From the NCBI RefSeq assembly GCF_009914755.1, contig NC_060934.1: 64,000 nt of DNA; one strand, 5' to 3'. The position numbers were made by a program, and so were the translations under genes. The notes beneath the pieces are model-generated. The model worked only from the letters and a program-made list of their open reading frames with translations. It was not told where the DNA came from and made no database searches. The stretch's first letter is position 1. Every line of letters starts with the position of its first letter. This DNA comes from the human T2T-CHM13v2.0 reference genome, Homo sapiens. This document shows positions 12,206 through 26,407 of this stretch, in pieces.

Positions 12206-13899
12206 CAGTAACAGAATCATAAAAAGGTAAATGGCAAACAATAAGAAGTACTTGTAATAAGAATGACATGTAAATGGTAATTTACCTAATGTAAAAAGTG
12301 GCCTCACAAATTCATAAGAATACAAAACCATCTCAAAAAAGTTAAAAGTGTAAACACACCATTCACTATTGAAGAATATACAAATCTTTAATAATTATAT
12401 TACTGAAATAAATATTATTTAAACCAATGATTTTCCTGTCAGTTCTCATTTATAAAAATGGCATTTTTTCAATTTTAATAATAAATGCTGATGATGCAGT
12501 GAGATCAGTATTCATACTCCTGCAAATGTAATATGATTCAAAAAGCTACTCAGGGAAGCCATCTGCCAATATCATTAAAATCTTCATACCTCTAGGTATT
12601 GAAATCTGGGGCTATTTTAACTTTTTTCTTTATAATTTCTTCTATTTACTTTTTAAACATCAACCACAAATTTTTTAGTCAGAGAAAATATTCTTTAAAA
12701 AGAAAATGTTTGACTTCACTTCATTTTGCAAATTTACATGCACAAAGAGTTGGTTGCACCTTCCAGGTCTCCTTCTCTATTGACTGCTATTTTTCCATGC
12801 AGGGTAAGGGACACGGCTCATTGTCATCATGGAATCCTCTTTGCCATGGCTGTTAGGATGGACACCATGACAACCACATTGCCCACAGCTACATGGCTCC
12901 AGCTGTTTCTCTCACTTATGCCTCTACCTCTTCCTAACACCATGGAGACTGTTGTCAGGGATGTTAAGTCTTTGAGGAATGCAATACTCACGTCTTCAGA
13001 AAAAAAGAATCTCTAAGGATCTCTGTGTCATAGATATAGTCTAGAAATGGCAAAAAAAAAAAAAAAAATCCCATCTCCTTTTTTATTTTTTGGCAGCTAA
13101 CCCAGACTTAAAGGGAAGGCTATCACTTGACATTGTGCAGGAGGGAGAACATCGTGGAAAGAAGAAGACATGATGTGTGCCAGAGCCCTCGGCAGGTGCA
13201 GTTTGGCTCCAGACCCCAGCATGCCATGATCCAGCTTACAACCGCTGCATTCTCTCCCTTTTGTACTGCACGGACTCTCATGTGCTTTAAGAGGAATTGG
13301 AGTTTGGCATGAGGATCTATTTATCCTTGAGTAAACTAGCAGAGTTTTAGTTCCCACAAGCAAAACTATCCAGCAGAGAAAGACTGTCCAGTCTGCAAAT
13401 ATTGACACCACATGGTGGCTGTGTCAACAGGTCAAGCCACAGAACAGCTGCAATGATGCAGAGAAGGCATGAAATGTCCTCTCGGGCTCAGGGTTCACAC
13501 ACAGACCCAATCAAAGGCATATAAGTCATCCTACATGCTCATTAAATCACAAGTAAAGAGTGTTTCCTTTCATGGCATGGCACCTCAAGGACAGGGTTGA
13601 ATAATTTTTAAGATTATAACTGAAGCCTGAGCAATCACAATTCAAAGCACATTCTGATCTTCACCACTTCAAATTGGGCCACTCCTGGCTATCTCCCATC
13701 AGTAGACGAAAATATTCACAACCACACAGCCAGAACCTTTGCCTTTGTTCTTAATAGAAACACCCAGAGATGATGAAACAGGAATTTTGTTAAGGCAAAC
13801 TATTTCCTTAACTATAAAAGTGTATTAAAAATAAAACATGAATATGGGTAAAAACCTGGATGCTTCCCCAAGGACCAAAGCAAACAGAGTGGCATAAAA

Positions 13900-14035
13900 T
13901 TCAGAATGTTGGATTCTGAGTAGACACCTGGGGTCAGGCTTGGCCACTAACTCCATTGGGCACATTGTCCACCTCCATGGGTCTTAGTTTTTTCTCTGGT
14001 AAAATGAGTGTGTGGAGGTGATCTCTAAAATCTTT
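13900..14035 (+). mobile_element. MIR fragment
   Basis: gccactaactccattgggcacattg...tcttagttttttctctggtaaaatgag. Confidence 0.5.
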
Positions 14036-14966
14036 GTACCTAAGCATCTAGGGGGAATTCACATACAAAATGGGATCTGGTCAATAAACATATGGGACTG
14101 AGAGGAGTTAGAGTCTGGCTTTGAGCCATAAAGCAGTCTATGGTGTCTTTGATCCAGGTAGTACCCAATCCTTCCTTCCCTGGGGCAGTTCGCCTCATGG
14201 TTCAGCCTTGGAGAGAGTGGCTGCGTGGAACCATGATTTAGGAGGATGTCAAAACATCATGATTAAACATTTGCAAATATGATCACCATTATATTTGCTT
14301 ATGTGCTTGATTATAAATTTCCTATACATGATGGGTTAAATAGCTATTTGGAGAGTGAATTAATTAATGAGTGAATGAATGAAGTGTGCAGAATTCCGTG
14401 GGCCATGTTTTAATGTAACTAATCTGACTGCTGTTGTCTACTTGGGTATTCAGTTTTCCTGAACTGAAAACTGACCTGCTCACCAATGGCTCTAACGCTT
14501 CTTCTTCTCTGAGGACTCAAATTAAAGCTGCCACTTCTGTCATGAAACAGCTCTCAGAGAAGCAACTTCCCAACAGCTGCTATTCTCCAATAAATGGTCT
14601 TCCAGGGAATATGCCATTGCAATGCCAACCTATCTGATTTCAACCTGGTCTCTACAACCCTGAGGGAGGGAGGCAGTGGGCATCAGCCTAGAGAAGACCT
14701 GGGCTCTCATTCCAGCTCTGCCTGTGGTTAGTTATGCAGCTTTTGGTCCATTGTTTAATTTCTCTGGACCTTAGTGTCTTTGTCTATAACCTGAGAGGGA
14801 GAGACAGGAGGGATCGTTTTTTCCTCCTAACACTAACGTAGAAACTGTAAAGGTCTCTTAATACTTACTCTAGGTTCTTTGGTGCCAATCTGTGTCTAAA
14901 ACGTAATAACTTAGGTGCTCCAACCCAGCCTCTGTTATTTCAATGTGACTCCATTTCTCACCACAC

Positions 14967-14970
<4 letters not shown>

Positions 14971-15010
<40 letters not shown>
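14971..15010. repeat. (CA)20 microsatellite followed by a CT-rich tract
   Basis: 20 perfect CA units. Confidence 0.97.
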
Positions 15011-15013
<3 letters not shown>

Positions 15014-17119
15014 CATTTTCCCTAGTTCCCCTCTCTCTGCTTCTCTGTCTCCCTCTCCACCTCTCTTTACCTGTCTTCAGCATACTTCCTCTCCCTCTGT
15101 GCAATTCCAAAATTTGAAGAGCAATCTTTGATTGATAAATGTAAAGAGTTCGGGGAAAACCCATCTTCGAGCGGCAAAACCACCACTGCAGAGAGATTTC
15201 ACATTTCAGTCCCTGCCTTTCTCCAAATTTCTATATGAAAACTGAGCTAAGAGATCACTTTCCATTACCTACTTAGCCCGGTTATCTCTTCTCTTGGCCC
15301 CTGATGCTAACTAGGTAACCCTGGGTGAGTTACCCACCATCTCTGAATCCTGGTTCTGTACCATGGGGATGGCGATGCCAACTTCATGAGGTTATTGTGC
15401 ATGTTAAAATTCCAGGGCTTGGCAAAGGGTAAATTCTTGCTAATTATTATATAGAAATATTAGTAATGATATTCATGACCTCTCTTGTGTGTCGAGGCTT
15501 ATCTAGAAGGCACTGGAATGCAAGTATATATGGTTCTGTCAGCTCAGTCTGGCTGGCATAAGTCCAGAACTGGGTCTTCTCCTTCCTGGGGCTAAACTGC
15601 GCTCACCTCATTCTCCTGACTCAGTCCCTTGCCAGAGCTCATGAGTTAAAGACACACAAAAGGCTCCTGGGTGGTGAGGAGCAGAAAGAATTTGAAATGA
15701 GCTTCTTTTCTTCTTGCAGAGCTTCCGAGACAAATTATAAAGCTCCAGTAATGGGGAAAAACACAGAAAGAACTCCTTAGACCTGAGAGTGGTCATCTTG
15801 GGGGCCTCAGACCACCATGCTGGTTCATGAGGATGTAGGTGCACTCAGCATCAGCACAATGTAAGTCTATCTTAAAGCACATTTTCTTTTACAAGTAAAT
15901 TAAACAAGTCAGCATACTGAATAGTTCTCCTACTCGCCAGGAAAACCAGAGGGCAAGCCATGAAAGAAGCAAACAACAAATGCAGCCCGTGCTGTTCTCA
16001 TTCTGTCTGTCAGTGCAGGCGAGAGGGGGAAATACACCAGGTCAGTGTTCCCCTGGCCAGGATCCTTTCCCATCCTTGCTCAGAAATTTTCTTTCAGGAC
16101 AAATGGCCTACGGAGAGGACCCGTGTGCGATATTCCAATGACAGTTTTAATGGAAATACAGCCATAAGGTTTGGACTGACTTGATTCTAGAAAGCAGGAA
16201 ACAAATGCCCACTTTTAGGAGCTGGCATGACAGCCCGGTGGCCCAGCTTGGTTCCCTCCCCGCCAGCCCCGTCTGGGTGAAGCTCCTGCTTCGTAGAGCT
16301 CAGGCCTCTGCACAGAAACAGGGCATATGGCTTTGACTTCAGCCAGCGCAGGAGGGGGAAGGGGACGGGCCCCATAAATCACTTGCAAGGCTGCCGGCCA
16401 GACATGCTGCTAAGAATCACCCCAAATTTCCGTCGTCTTCCTTTGTTTAGGGAACTGTTTTTTTAATTTCAAGAAGTGCATCCATTCCACGTGCTCTGAG
16501 ACCTCAAAATATCAACATTGCTCATTGTCAATTGCCTTCACCCCTCACTAGAAAGTTACCCTTGCCCACGATCAGCTCTGAGTCTCCTGAATCTCTTCTC
16601 CCATCACAAACTGACTGTCCTGTGCCCCAGAAAGATGCTGCTGGGACTGTAATAGAGGTGAAGCCATCAAGGATGGAAACTTTGGATCCCAGAGGTGGGC
16701 CCTCTAAGCTCCTTCGTGTTGCAGGGTTAGGGCACAAGCAGGGTACTGACAATGTTCAAGGAGGCCCCTGGAGTCGCCAGAAGATAACTATCAGGTTCTC
16801 GGTTTTCACTGCGACTGGCGCCCACCCTTGATAAACCAAAGGCAAACCCAATTGAGGCATTCCAGCAGCCAGGTCAGTTGTCAGCAAAGGCATCACAGAG
16901 GAAGGCATTTGGGGTAGATTGGAACTGGGGAATAAGCAGTCAATGGGAATCGAAAGGAAGTAGCCAGTGGAAGCAGCCCCAAGCTCTTCTCCAGTGAGCG
17001 AGCATTGCACCAACCACAAAGAGCTGCTGCATTAATTACATGTCTCCTTGCTAAGATTCGCTCCCAGAGTGTCTACGAAAACTAATGACTGCAATCACAG
17101 CATCTCTCAAGAACTTTTC

Positions 17120-17280
17120 ACCTGCCAAGCGCTTTACAAGATTACCTCATTAATCCACTCTGCCCTCCTATGAAGCTGGTAATTATCATTATGCCCAGTT
17201 CAGAGATGGGGCAACTGGGCAGACATGAAGCAACCGCCTGAAATCCCTGGGCACATCACAGCCCACAAAGCAGAGCACAG
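17120..17280 (-). mobile_element. MIR fragment
   Basis: aagcgctttacaagattacctcattaatcc...attatcattatgcccagttcagagatggggcaactg. Confidence 0.6.
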
Positions 17281-17767
17281 GTCTTTGAGCCGTCTTATTT
17301 CTGTTTTATCTTTTATCCCAGGTTCCCCATTGATACAAGCAGCCCAGAAGAGGGTAGAAAATAGATGAGGTGGATCTTAATTCCATGCAACCGCTGATTA
17401 ATTTCCTTTTAAAGCCATCATTCTAAAAACAACAACAACAACAAAAGTGACTGTTTTATAAATGAGGTATTGCTGGACTCTAGCCAATGACCCATTTATT
17501 GCCAAAACAATGCATTAATTCAATCAACAGATACTTATCAAATACCTCCCATATTTCAAACACTATACCATGTACTGTATACAGTGCTAACTTAGTGTAA
17601 AAAATAATATGGATGCACGTTCGATTTTGTTGTAATATTATTTAACCCAAATATAGGGAATTCCTACAGACTATTTAATTAAAATATCTATTGTTTTAAA
17701 ATTCCCTTTGACCCTAACTTTTGCTTCCTCTAGATTTCATTGATACAAGAAAGAACTAATTTTTTAA

Positions 17768-18105
<338 letters not shown>

Positions 18106-19126
18106 TAAGAAACATTACTTTTGCCCATTAATGGCTCTGAACTTTTTCTGCAGTGACTTCCATTAACTGATAGAATAAGTAGGTGTTTCTCCTCTTAGTA
18201 CCCAACGTAGAGCAGGCAGCCTTCCTCGTGCCAAGGTGATAGGACAACCTAGAGTGTCAAAGATTTAGGATGTTAATTTTCATTATTATCATGGTCCTTT
18301 TTTTAAAACCTTTCCTTCAATGCCCTCAGTTTAAGGTTCTGTGAGATGAAAATGAGTTGATGTTTCATCCTTGGCTATGTCTCTAGGATCATAGTAACAA
18401 GATTTTTGTTTTGGTTTGTTTTGTAACCTGAAAGTTTCCATAAAGATCCAAGGCTGACACCTTTGTATTTATGTGATATTAAATATATGCTATTACTTCT
18501 TGGCTTAAAATTTTAAAAAGTAAATCATATGAATTTTGAAACAAGGACCCATGTACACAATTTGTAGAGGTTAGAAACTATAAGAATATAGCTTTCAAAA
18601 ACTCAGTGCATTCTGAGGGTAGAAAAGCAAAACTGACGATTTCTCTAGTGATTTCTGATTATCCCAACTGGGATTAAAACCAAGTGGCCCATGTATCAAC
18701 ATGAGAAGGATAGAGGAATGGTTCTAGGTCATAGGATGCAGCTATGGAATTCTAGGAAATAGAGATAGTTCAGATCTGCATATTAAAATCCCAAATCAGT
18801 TCCTTCCAGAAGGGTCGGGAATGTGACTGCCCCTGTATGTACTGTTGGTTGCCAGAGCAGCTGGGAAGGGAGAGGGAACCATTTATCATAAATCCCTCCT
18901 GGGGTGCCTCATCACACCCTCTTTGTGTTGGGCAAATGCTTCACCTCTATAAGCGCAAAGGCATGGTAAAGACCTTATCACATAGAGTCATGAAGAATGA
19001 ATGATCAAGGTGTCAATTGGGCCAAAATCTGCAGTTTAAAGGAGGAAGACTCAAGACTTGGAAGCAACAAACATAAATACTGCTGGGCCACTGGAACCAG
19101 TGAACTGAACGGGTGTGGGTTTCGAG

Positions 19127-19362
19127 CAGCTTTCCCAACCTCGGCACTGCTGACTTTCTGGACTGGTGAATTCTTTGTCCTGGGGGTGGGAGGGGGTGGG
19201 GCTTTCCCGTGCATTGTAGGATGTTAAGCAGCATACCTCATCTCTACCGACTAAAAGCCAATAGTGCCCCCGAATTGTGACAACCAAAAATCTCTCCAGT
19301 CAATGACAAATGTCCTGGGGCTGGGAAGAGGGAACAAAATAGCCCCCAATTAAGAACCACTG
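19127..19362. mobile_element. MER20 (hAT-Charlie DNA transposon)
   Basis: cagctttcccaacctcggcactgctgac...tgcattgtaggatgttaagcagcat...gtgacaaccaaaaatctctccag...ttaagaaccactg. Confidence 0.88.
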
Positions 19363-19523
19363 TTTATCCCCCAAGTACTTTTTCCCAAAGTTAGATAAAG
19401 TTTGGGGAGATGCTTTAAGATTATAAATAATATTTTCTGTTACAGTGCCATTGAACTACTAGATGAAGTAAATCTCATTTCTGCTTCATTTGATGCTTAG
19501 GATCCCTAGTAGATGTTGTGCTC

Positions 19524-19555
19524 TGTGTGTGTGTGTGTGTGTGTGTATGTGTGTG
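19524..19555. repeat. (TG)n microsatellite
   Basis: tgtgtgtgtgtgtgtgtgtgtgtatgtgtgtg. Confidence 0.95.
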
Positions 19556-20369
19556 GCTATGTAGGGTTGTTTCACACAAACACTCAGAAAAACATAAAGC
19601 AGAAAAATCTGTTTGAAAAATGTTTCCCCAAAAGATTCATGATATAAAGAGAACACATTCATAAAATAAAGTTTTAAAAATGGGAGGAGAAAAAATCATG
19701 TTTTTATACTGCAGAGTATGCACTAATTGAACTGCCTTTATTTTCTTTCTTATCATAAAGAGACTCCAAGAAATGTAATTGCAAATGTAGTTTAAAGTTA
19801 ATTATACTATTATAAATTATATCCTTTTACTACTTTCTGGGGAACACTAGGAATTTTAGGGTGACTAGATGTATATAAAAATACATAGAGTAGTCAATAT
19901 ATGACTTATAACATTGAGCTAGCATACATACAATGGGTTCCCACAATGTTTCATGGAAATAAACAAGAACAAGACTCTTTCTTCTTTGGAATTTCTAAGA
20001 AGCATTTAAGTTTTAGTGTCACTAGTGCTGTGTAATGACAAAACACATTTTATTCGAGAGACTCCGCCTGGGGCAGGCAGATAGGTGTGATTAACAGAGT
20101 TAGAACAAATGTACACAAAGAAGATATAATGGGCCTGAATTCTACAAATAGAGTCTATGGCTGAAGAGAAAAAGTGAGGTTAAGAAAGGTATGAGGTCAA
20201 GCTCTTGGGATTTTTAAAGCTATTTTTATAAATTTCATGTCTCTTTCAGACACATGACGCTCTGTGTGTGGCTGAGTTCTTGGGAACACACATCTGTCTA
20301 GAGGTTTACAATAAGGAAGAGAAGAAATAAGGAAAAAATAGAAGCAGCTCAAAGGGATGTCTTCATATA

Positions 20370-20550
20370 TCTTCTCATTTAATTCTTATAATATCCCTGG
20401 TAAGTAGGTATTGCTCCATTTTAAAGATCAGGAAATTAGAGGCCTGGAAGTAACCTGTCATGTCAAGGAGAAAGCAAAGATGCCAGATGCCACAGCCTAA
20501 GCTCAGGTCTGTCCAATTTCAAGGCCCTTATTTTACTCATACACCATTTG
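20370..20550 (-). mobile_element. MIR fragment
   Basis: tctcatttaattcttataatatccctggtaagtaggtattgctccattttaaagatcaggaaattagaggc. Confidence 0.65.
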
Positions 20551-22316
20551 GCAGTAGCCTTTCTGGTTGGAATATCTATTTTTATATATAGAATGGACTA
20601 TACTCTTCATTTTCTTTCAACGTCTACAATTCAAGCAATTAGGAATTCATTTAGAATACATGAATTTAAAACTACAAATAAGTCTTGGTTCAAAATGTAC
20701 AAGTCAGGTTTGCGTTGGGATAAATAAATATAAAGAGATGAGCACATTTCTCTGAATTTTAAATTTGGGTCCTTTATTTACTAACTAGGTGTCCTGGAGA
20801 ATATCACTTAGCTTTGGGAAAACTCGATTGCCATATTATGACACAAGACCTAATCTAGATACCTAATCACTCTGTAGGATTGTTTTATAGGAAATAATGC
20901 ATTCTAGAATCTAAATCACTGAACTACAAATGTTAGAATACAGCCTAACATTAAAACATCAGTATCTTAAATCTAGCTTTGGTGTAGTCATTCATTAGTG
21001 GGTAACTAATCTGGGTTTTAAAATTTATAAAATAATACGCCACCTATTTCATGATTGTGTTGCAGGCATCAAATGGGATAGTATATGCCAGAGTGCTCTG
21101 GAACATGATCAAAAGAGTGTCATTATTGCCATTATTATTACTTAAATAATGAGAACTAAAAAAATGAGAAATAATTACTGTGTTCTTTATCTATCATCTG
21201 TCTATATATTTGTTTTGTTTTGTTTTGCTTCAAATCTAAAATATAATGGTCAACTTATGGCACAGCTGTGAACTACAAAACAAATAAAACCTTTCAATAT
21301 AAATGTTACGTAGCAAAAGGCAGTCTCTCTCAACATGATAGGCCACTTGTGCCATCCACAACAATGCCCACGACAGATCATTGAACATGATTTCTTTTTA
21401 TAAATGTCATTAGTCTGATCAATGCACACCTTAGACGCTCTTTATCCATATTGCTTCAGCCTGAGATCTACTTATTTCTGCAAATAGTCCTAAACAGTGC
21501 AAATGTAATATATTGTAAGACTCCCTCGATTTATTTATTTTTTCATTCATCTTCATAAGAAAACTACAGCAGTGAAATAGCTGCAGTTCTTCACATGCTA
21601 CCTACCTGCCAAGGACTCCAACAAACTAGTGAAGATTAACTAATATTTTGAGAAAGCCATTTTAAGCCTGAAATATTTGATGCGTGATGAAATCTACAAC
21701 ATGTCCCTATGGAAACACGAAGCTTGGGGACTCTTTATCTGCAATTCATGTGTATGCATGAGACAATCAGAAGCAATGTTCTTCCTGGGCTAAGCCAATA
21801 GCCAATAGAGATAAGTCAGCATTTCTGCTATGTGAAAACTCCCAGGGAGCTAGGCTAATTTTTCCAGAGTTTCTACGTATTTTGTGCTTCTAAACACTCC
21901 AAATCAAATGGAAGTTGGGTTAGGAAAATCTCCCCATATTTAAAGCAACAATTGGGTAATGATTACCCACTAAGCGTATGCCGTTAGGATGAAAGCCAGT
22001 GACAAAACTTTCTGAGGTTTGGGGAAAATAATTAGGGGCAGAAATGGGAAACCTCAGATATATTTCTACTTCTAGTTGATTACAAACAGAGCCATGAAGT
22101 CCCATGATAATAGCTCTGGGATGCCACTGGATTGGCAAGGCTGTGGGATGGGGTGGTGGCTATTCCTGGAGTAGTAAAGGCAACTATGTAGGCAGCATCA
22201 GTAATGCATCTATTCACAGGATCAGCACAAAATATGCTCAAAACAGCAACTGTAGCATAGGTTAGTTGTATTTGAAACTGGCTGCTTTATGAGTAGCCTG
22301 AAAATCATCCATGGTT

Positions 22317-23457
22317 GTATTCATTGTCTACTGCTGCTGTAAAAAATTCGTACGAGTTTAGCAGCTTAAACAACCCGACCGTATTATGTTATGGTTCTGC
22401 AGTTCAGGGTCTCAAGGGGCTAAAATCAGGGTGTCCACTGGGCTGTGTTCCTTCTGGAGGCCCTAAAAAGAACCCATTTCCTTGCCTTTCCCAGCTTCTA
22501 GAGGCCCCTGCATTCCTTGGCTCGTGGCCCCTTCCTCTGCCTTCAGAGCCAGTGGCGTTAACATCTCTCTGACCCTACTCCATTATCGCATCTCTTTCTC
22601 TGACCCCAACAGAGAAAAGTTATCTGCGTCTAAGGGATGCCATGCAATTAAGGGATGCATTGCCATGATTAGACCGGGTCCACCTGCATAATTAGGATAC
22701 TCTCCACATCTCAAAGCCCTTAAGCTTAATCCCTTTTGTGAGGTCCCTATGATGGCTGATTTTGGGTGTCAATGTGACTGAATTAAGTGATAATAATTAA
22801 CGGATGGTAATTAAGGGAATTAATTATTTATTTTGAATCACTGCATTAATTATTCTCAATGCTTCAGCAGGACCGAACCAGCCCCTCTCCTGCAGAAAGA
22901 GAAACCCAGGTGATTTGGCATTTGATTAGAATGTTTGAGCTGCCCCAGGGGTGGGGAAGATCTGTCCTCAGTGGGGCCCAGATGGGACGAAAAGGCTGAA
23001 GAAGGATGGATTCTTGCTCTCTCTCCTGGAGCTGCGGCACCCATCTTCTCCTGTCCTTGGATGTCAGGACTCCAGGTTTCCTGGCTTTGGGACTTCAGGA
23101 AGAAAACCAGTGGCCCCCCAGGCTTTTGGGCCTTTGGCCTCAGACTGACTGAGAGAGATACCATCATCTTCTCTGGTTCTGAAGCCTCTGGACTTAGACT
23201 GAGTTATGTTATGGGTTTTTGCTGATTCTCCAGCCTGCAGACAGCCCATCATGGGACTTCTCACTGCACAGTTGAATGAGCCAATTCCCCTGATAAATTC
23301 CTTCTCGTCTCTCTCCCTAAATAGTTATCATGTCAGTTCTGTCTCTCTGGAAAACCCTGACTCAACAGTCTCTTTTGCAATATAAGGTAACATCTTCACA
23401 GGTTCTGGGGATTAGGACAAGGGCATCTTTGGGAGGCTATTATCCTATCTACCACCA
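22317..23457 (-). mobile_element. MaLR solo LTR (MLT1D-like), interrupted by MLT2
   Basis: tgtattcattgtctactgctgctgtaa...ccagcttctagaggcc...; resumes tcttttgcaatataaggtaacatcttcacaggttctggggattagg after the insertion. Confidence 0.85.
22748..23367 (+). mobile_element. ERVL solo LTR (MLT2B-like)
   Basis: tatgatggctgattttgggtgtcaa ... ctctggaaaaccctgactcaaca; 5-bp TSD gtccc/gtctc. Confidence 0.85.
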
Positions 23458-23684
23458 TGGTCTATGATCTGGAGATTTCCAAATTCCTCACCTATCCATC
23501 TTCTTAGTGGGAAATTCCTCCCACCCTCTGCAGAGAGCCATCTGGAGTTAGGCTGACCATAGCTGCAGAAGTCAGTCGGCCTGCTGCATATTAACCCTAA
23601 GAATCCATTATTGCTATTAATCATTTATACAGCCAACTCTCAAAGCTGCTCATGATAGGTGCCATTATGACAACTGTTAGAGCA

Positions 23685-24653
23685 CAGGAAATTCTCACTT
23701 AACCCTGTGAATAGGCTCTTGGAAACTGCGACTTTAAGTGAAACAACATAAAACAGAACGATTTTCCTGTGGGCTAATTGATATACATAAGAGTGACGTT
23801 CCCACGGTACGTTTCGGGTCACAAAAACATCACCAAACTTCTAAGTAAAGACCAAATCACTCCTAATACTAAACACTTAGATAGATGTGAACTATATGTA
23901 TTATGCCATTCTTAAATTGCTGCAAAGATACACTTGAGACTGGGTAATTTATAAAAAAAGAGATTTAATTGGCTCATGGTTCTGCAGGCTGTACAGGAAG
24001 TGTAACAGCGGCATCTGCTTCTGGGGAGGCCTCAGGAAGCTACCAATCATGGTAGAAGGCAAAGGAGAGCAAGTGTAACACATGGCGGGCACAGGGACAA
24101 GATTGGTGGGTGCCACACACTTTTAAATGACCAGGTCTCAGATGAACTCAGAGTGATGGCTCACTTATCACCAAGGAGATGGCCCCCATGATCCAAACAC
24201 CTCCCACCAGTCTCCACCTCCAACACTGGGGATCACATTTCAACGTGAGATTCAGGCAGGGACAAATATCCACAGTACATCACTATACATACATTTTTTT
24301 AAAAGTTAGTAAAAATAAAATTATTTACCCCATTATTCCAGGTCCGGGTTGCAGGTGGCTGGAGCCCATCCCAGCAGCTCAGGGTGCAAGGCAGGGCCCA
24401 GCCCTAGATAGGATGCTATCCCTTTATAGGGCACTCACATACAAACCCACATTCACACTGGGACATGAACCTCACATGCATATCTTTGGGATGTGTGGGA
24501 AAACAGGAGGACCTGAAGAAACCCCTTGCAGACGGGTGGGAGAGTAGGCTCACTCCACACAGAGAGTGGCCTCCACCAGGAAGTGATTTTTCTTTTTCTC
24601 ATCAATGTTACAAAGAAATGCTGTTGAGTGGAAAGTCATTCAAGGACCCACTG
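23685..24653. mobile_element. MER82-like TcMar-Tigger non-autonomous element, interrupted by MST LTR
   Basis: Ends caggaaattctcacttaac...ttggaaactgcgactttaag and gtcattcaaggacccactg; internal ggagcccatcccagcagctcagggtgcaagg. Confidence 0.8.
23897..24282 (-). mobile_element. MaLR solo LTR (MSTA/MSTB-like)
   Basis: tgtatt...gagactgggtaatttata...ggctgtacaggaag...acatca; perfect 5-bp TSD ctata (23892-23896 / 24283-24287). Confidence 0.92.
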
Positions 24654-25074
24654 TCTAGCTGTGTTCTATTATTGCCTTCTTCTTTGTTCATCTTCTTACA
24701 ATGCTGGATCTGGGATAACTTTGCATTAAATATCTTTCTTATTTAATGACTGGCATCTATAAAAATGTAAAGCTCACTGGGAAGTCAGGGAAGCATTTTT
24801 CTGCTGACCTGAAGCATGATTTGCATTTTTAAAAATGCACGTCATAAGCACTTAGCTGGAGTGAAATAAACTTGCAGTGCTCTCAGAAACTGAAGCGTGG
24901 CCAATGTCACGGCATTTATGAAGTCTTATCAGTGGAACTCTTGTGGCTGTTACCTCATAATTAGCTTACTCAGTACATTATAATTAATTTTTATAATAAT
25001 TTAATTTAGTTAATAATTAATTTTTTGGTTCTTTTGCCCAACCACACTGGCAAAGAAAATCAGAAAAAAAACCT

Positions 25075-25420
25075 ATATTGATCAGGTTAGGATAGGCCAT
25101 ACAGCAGCATGAACAAATCCTGATATCCCAAAACAATCTAATAAAATAAAGGTTTGTTTTTTTTCTCATGTAAAGGTCAATGCAGCTCAGGTAAACTTAC
25201 CCCAGCTTGCAGTTATGCCATTAGGAAAGCATAGTTGCCAAGCTGGATGGAAAGACATGGAATGGCCATGCTGGCTCTGAACCCCTCAGCTAGAAAGGGA
25301 CACATGTCACTTTCCCCCACAACCATTGGCCAGAAGGAATCACATGACCCTAACCTGCATCCAGAGGAGACCAGGTAGTCCAGGGGTGCACACGGTCATG
25401 GGGTGAGGGCTATATGTCTC
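25075..25420 (-). mobile_element. Old MaLR LTR (MLT1K/L-like)
   Basis: tcaggttaggataggccatacagcag...cacatgtcactttcccccacaaccattggccagaaggaatcacatgacc. Confidence 0.6.
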
Positions 25421-25623
25421 TGCCAATCTATGACCGTCATCCCTTTCACTGACTTCATTGACCTTATTGTGAAAGATGACGAAATGGAGGTCAAAGTCAT
25501 CTGTAGCCAAACCGACCAAGACACTCTCCATCCTAACACGTCTATTACCAACCTGACATTTTGCTTCTCTAGAATTTCCTAAAGGTAGGATCACTTTCTC
25601 TCTCTAAGACCAATTCTCTCAAG

Positions 25624-25685
25624 AATTTATAAGAAAAGAGGTTTAACTGGCTCATGGTTCTGCAGGCTGTACAGGAAGCATAACA
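25624..25685 (-). mobile_element. Isolated 62-bp MST LTR fragment
   Basis: 57/62 ungapped identity to 23946-24007. Confidence 0.85.
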
Positions 25686-25945
25686 ACCTAGTGCAGCTAC
25701 ATTCCATTAAAGTCATGGCAATTTCAGTGAGTGACACTTTGAAGCCACATCATTTGTCTTTCTCTGGCTGACTTTCCTTGAAGGTGGTCAGGAATATTGA
25801 CTTGCCTTAATCTCTTACTTCACAATGGGGCTTGAATTTCACTTTCTCAGATGTGTTTGAGGTTAGTATTTGAACCAATTTGATTTATGAATATTTTACT
25901 CAAATAGACGTCTTGGTCTTTGAAATATCTTCCTATTGCCTTTTA

Positions 25946-26407
<462 letters not shown>

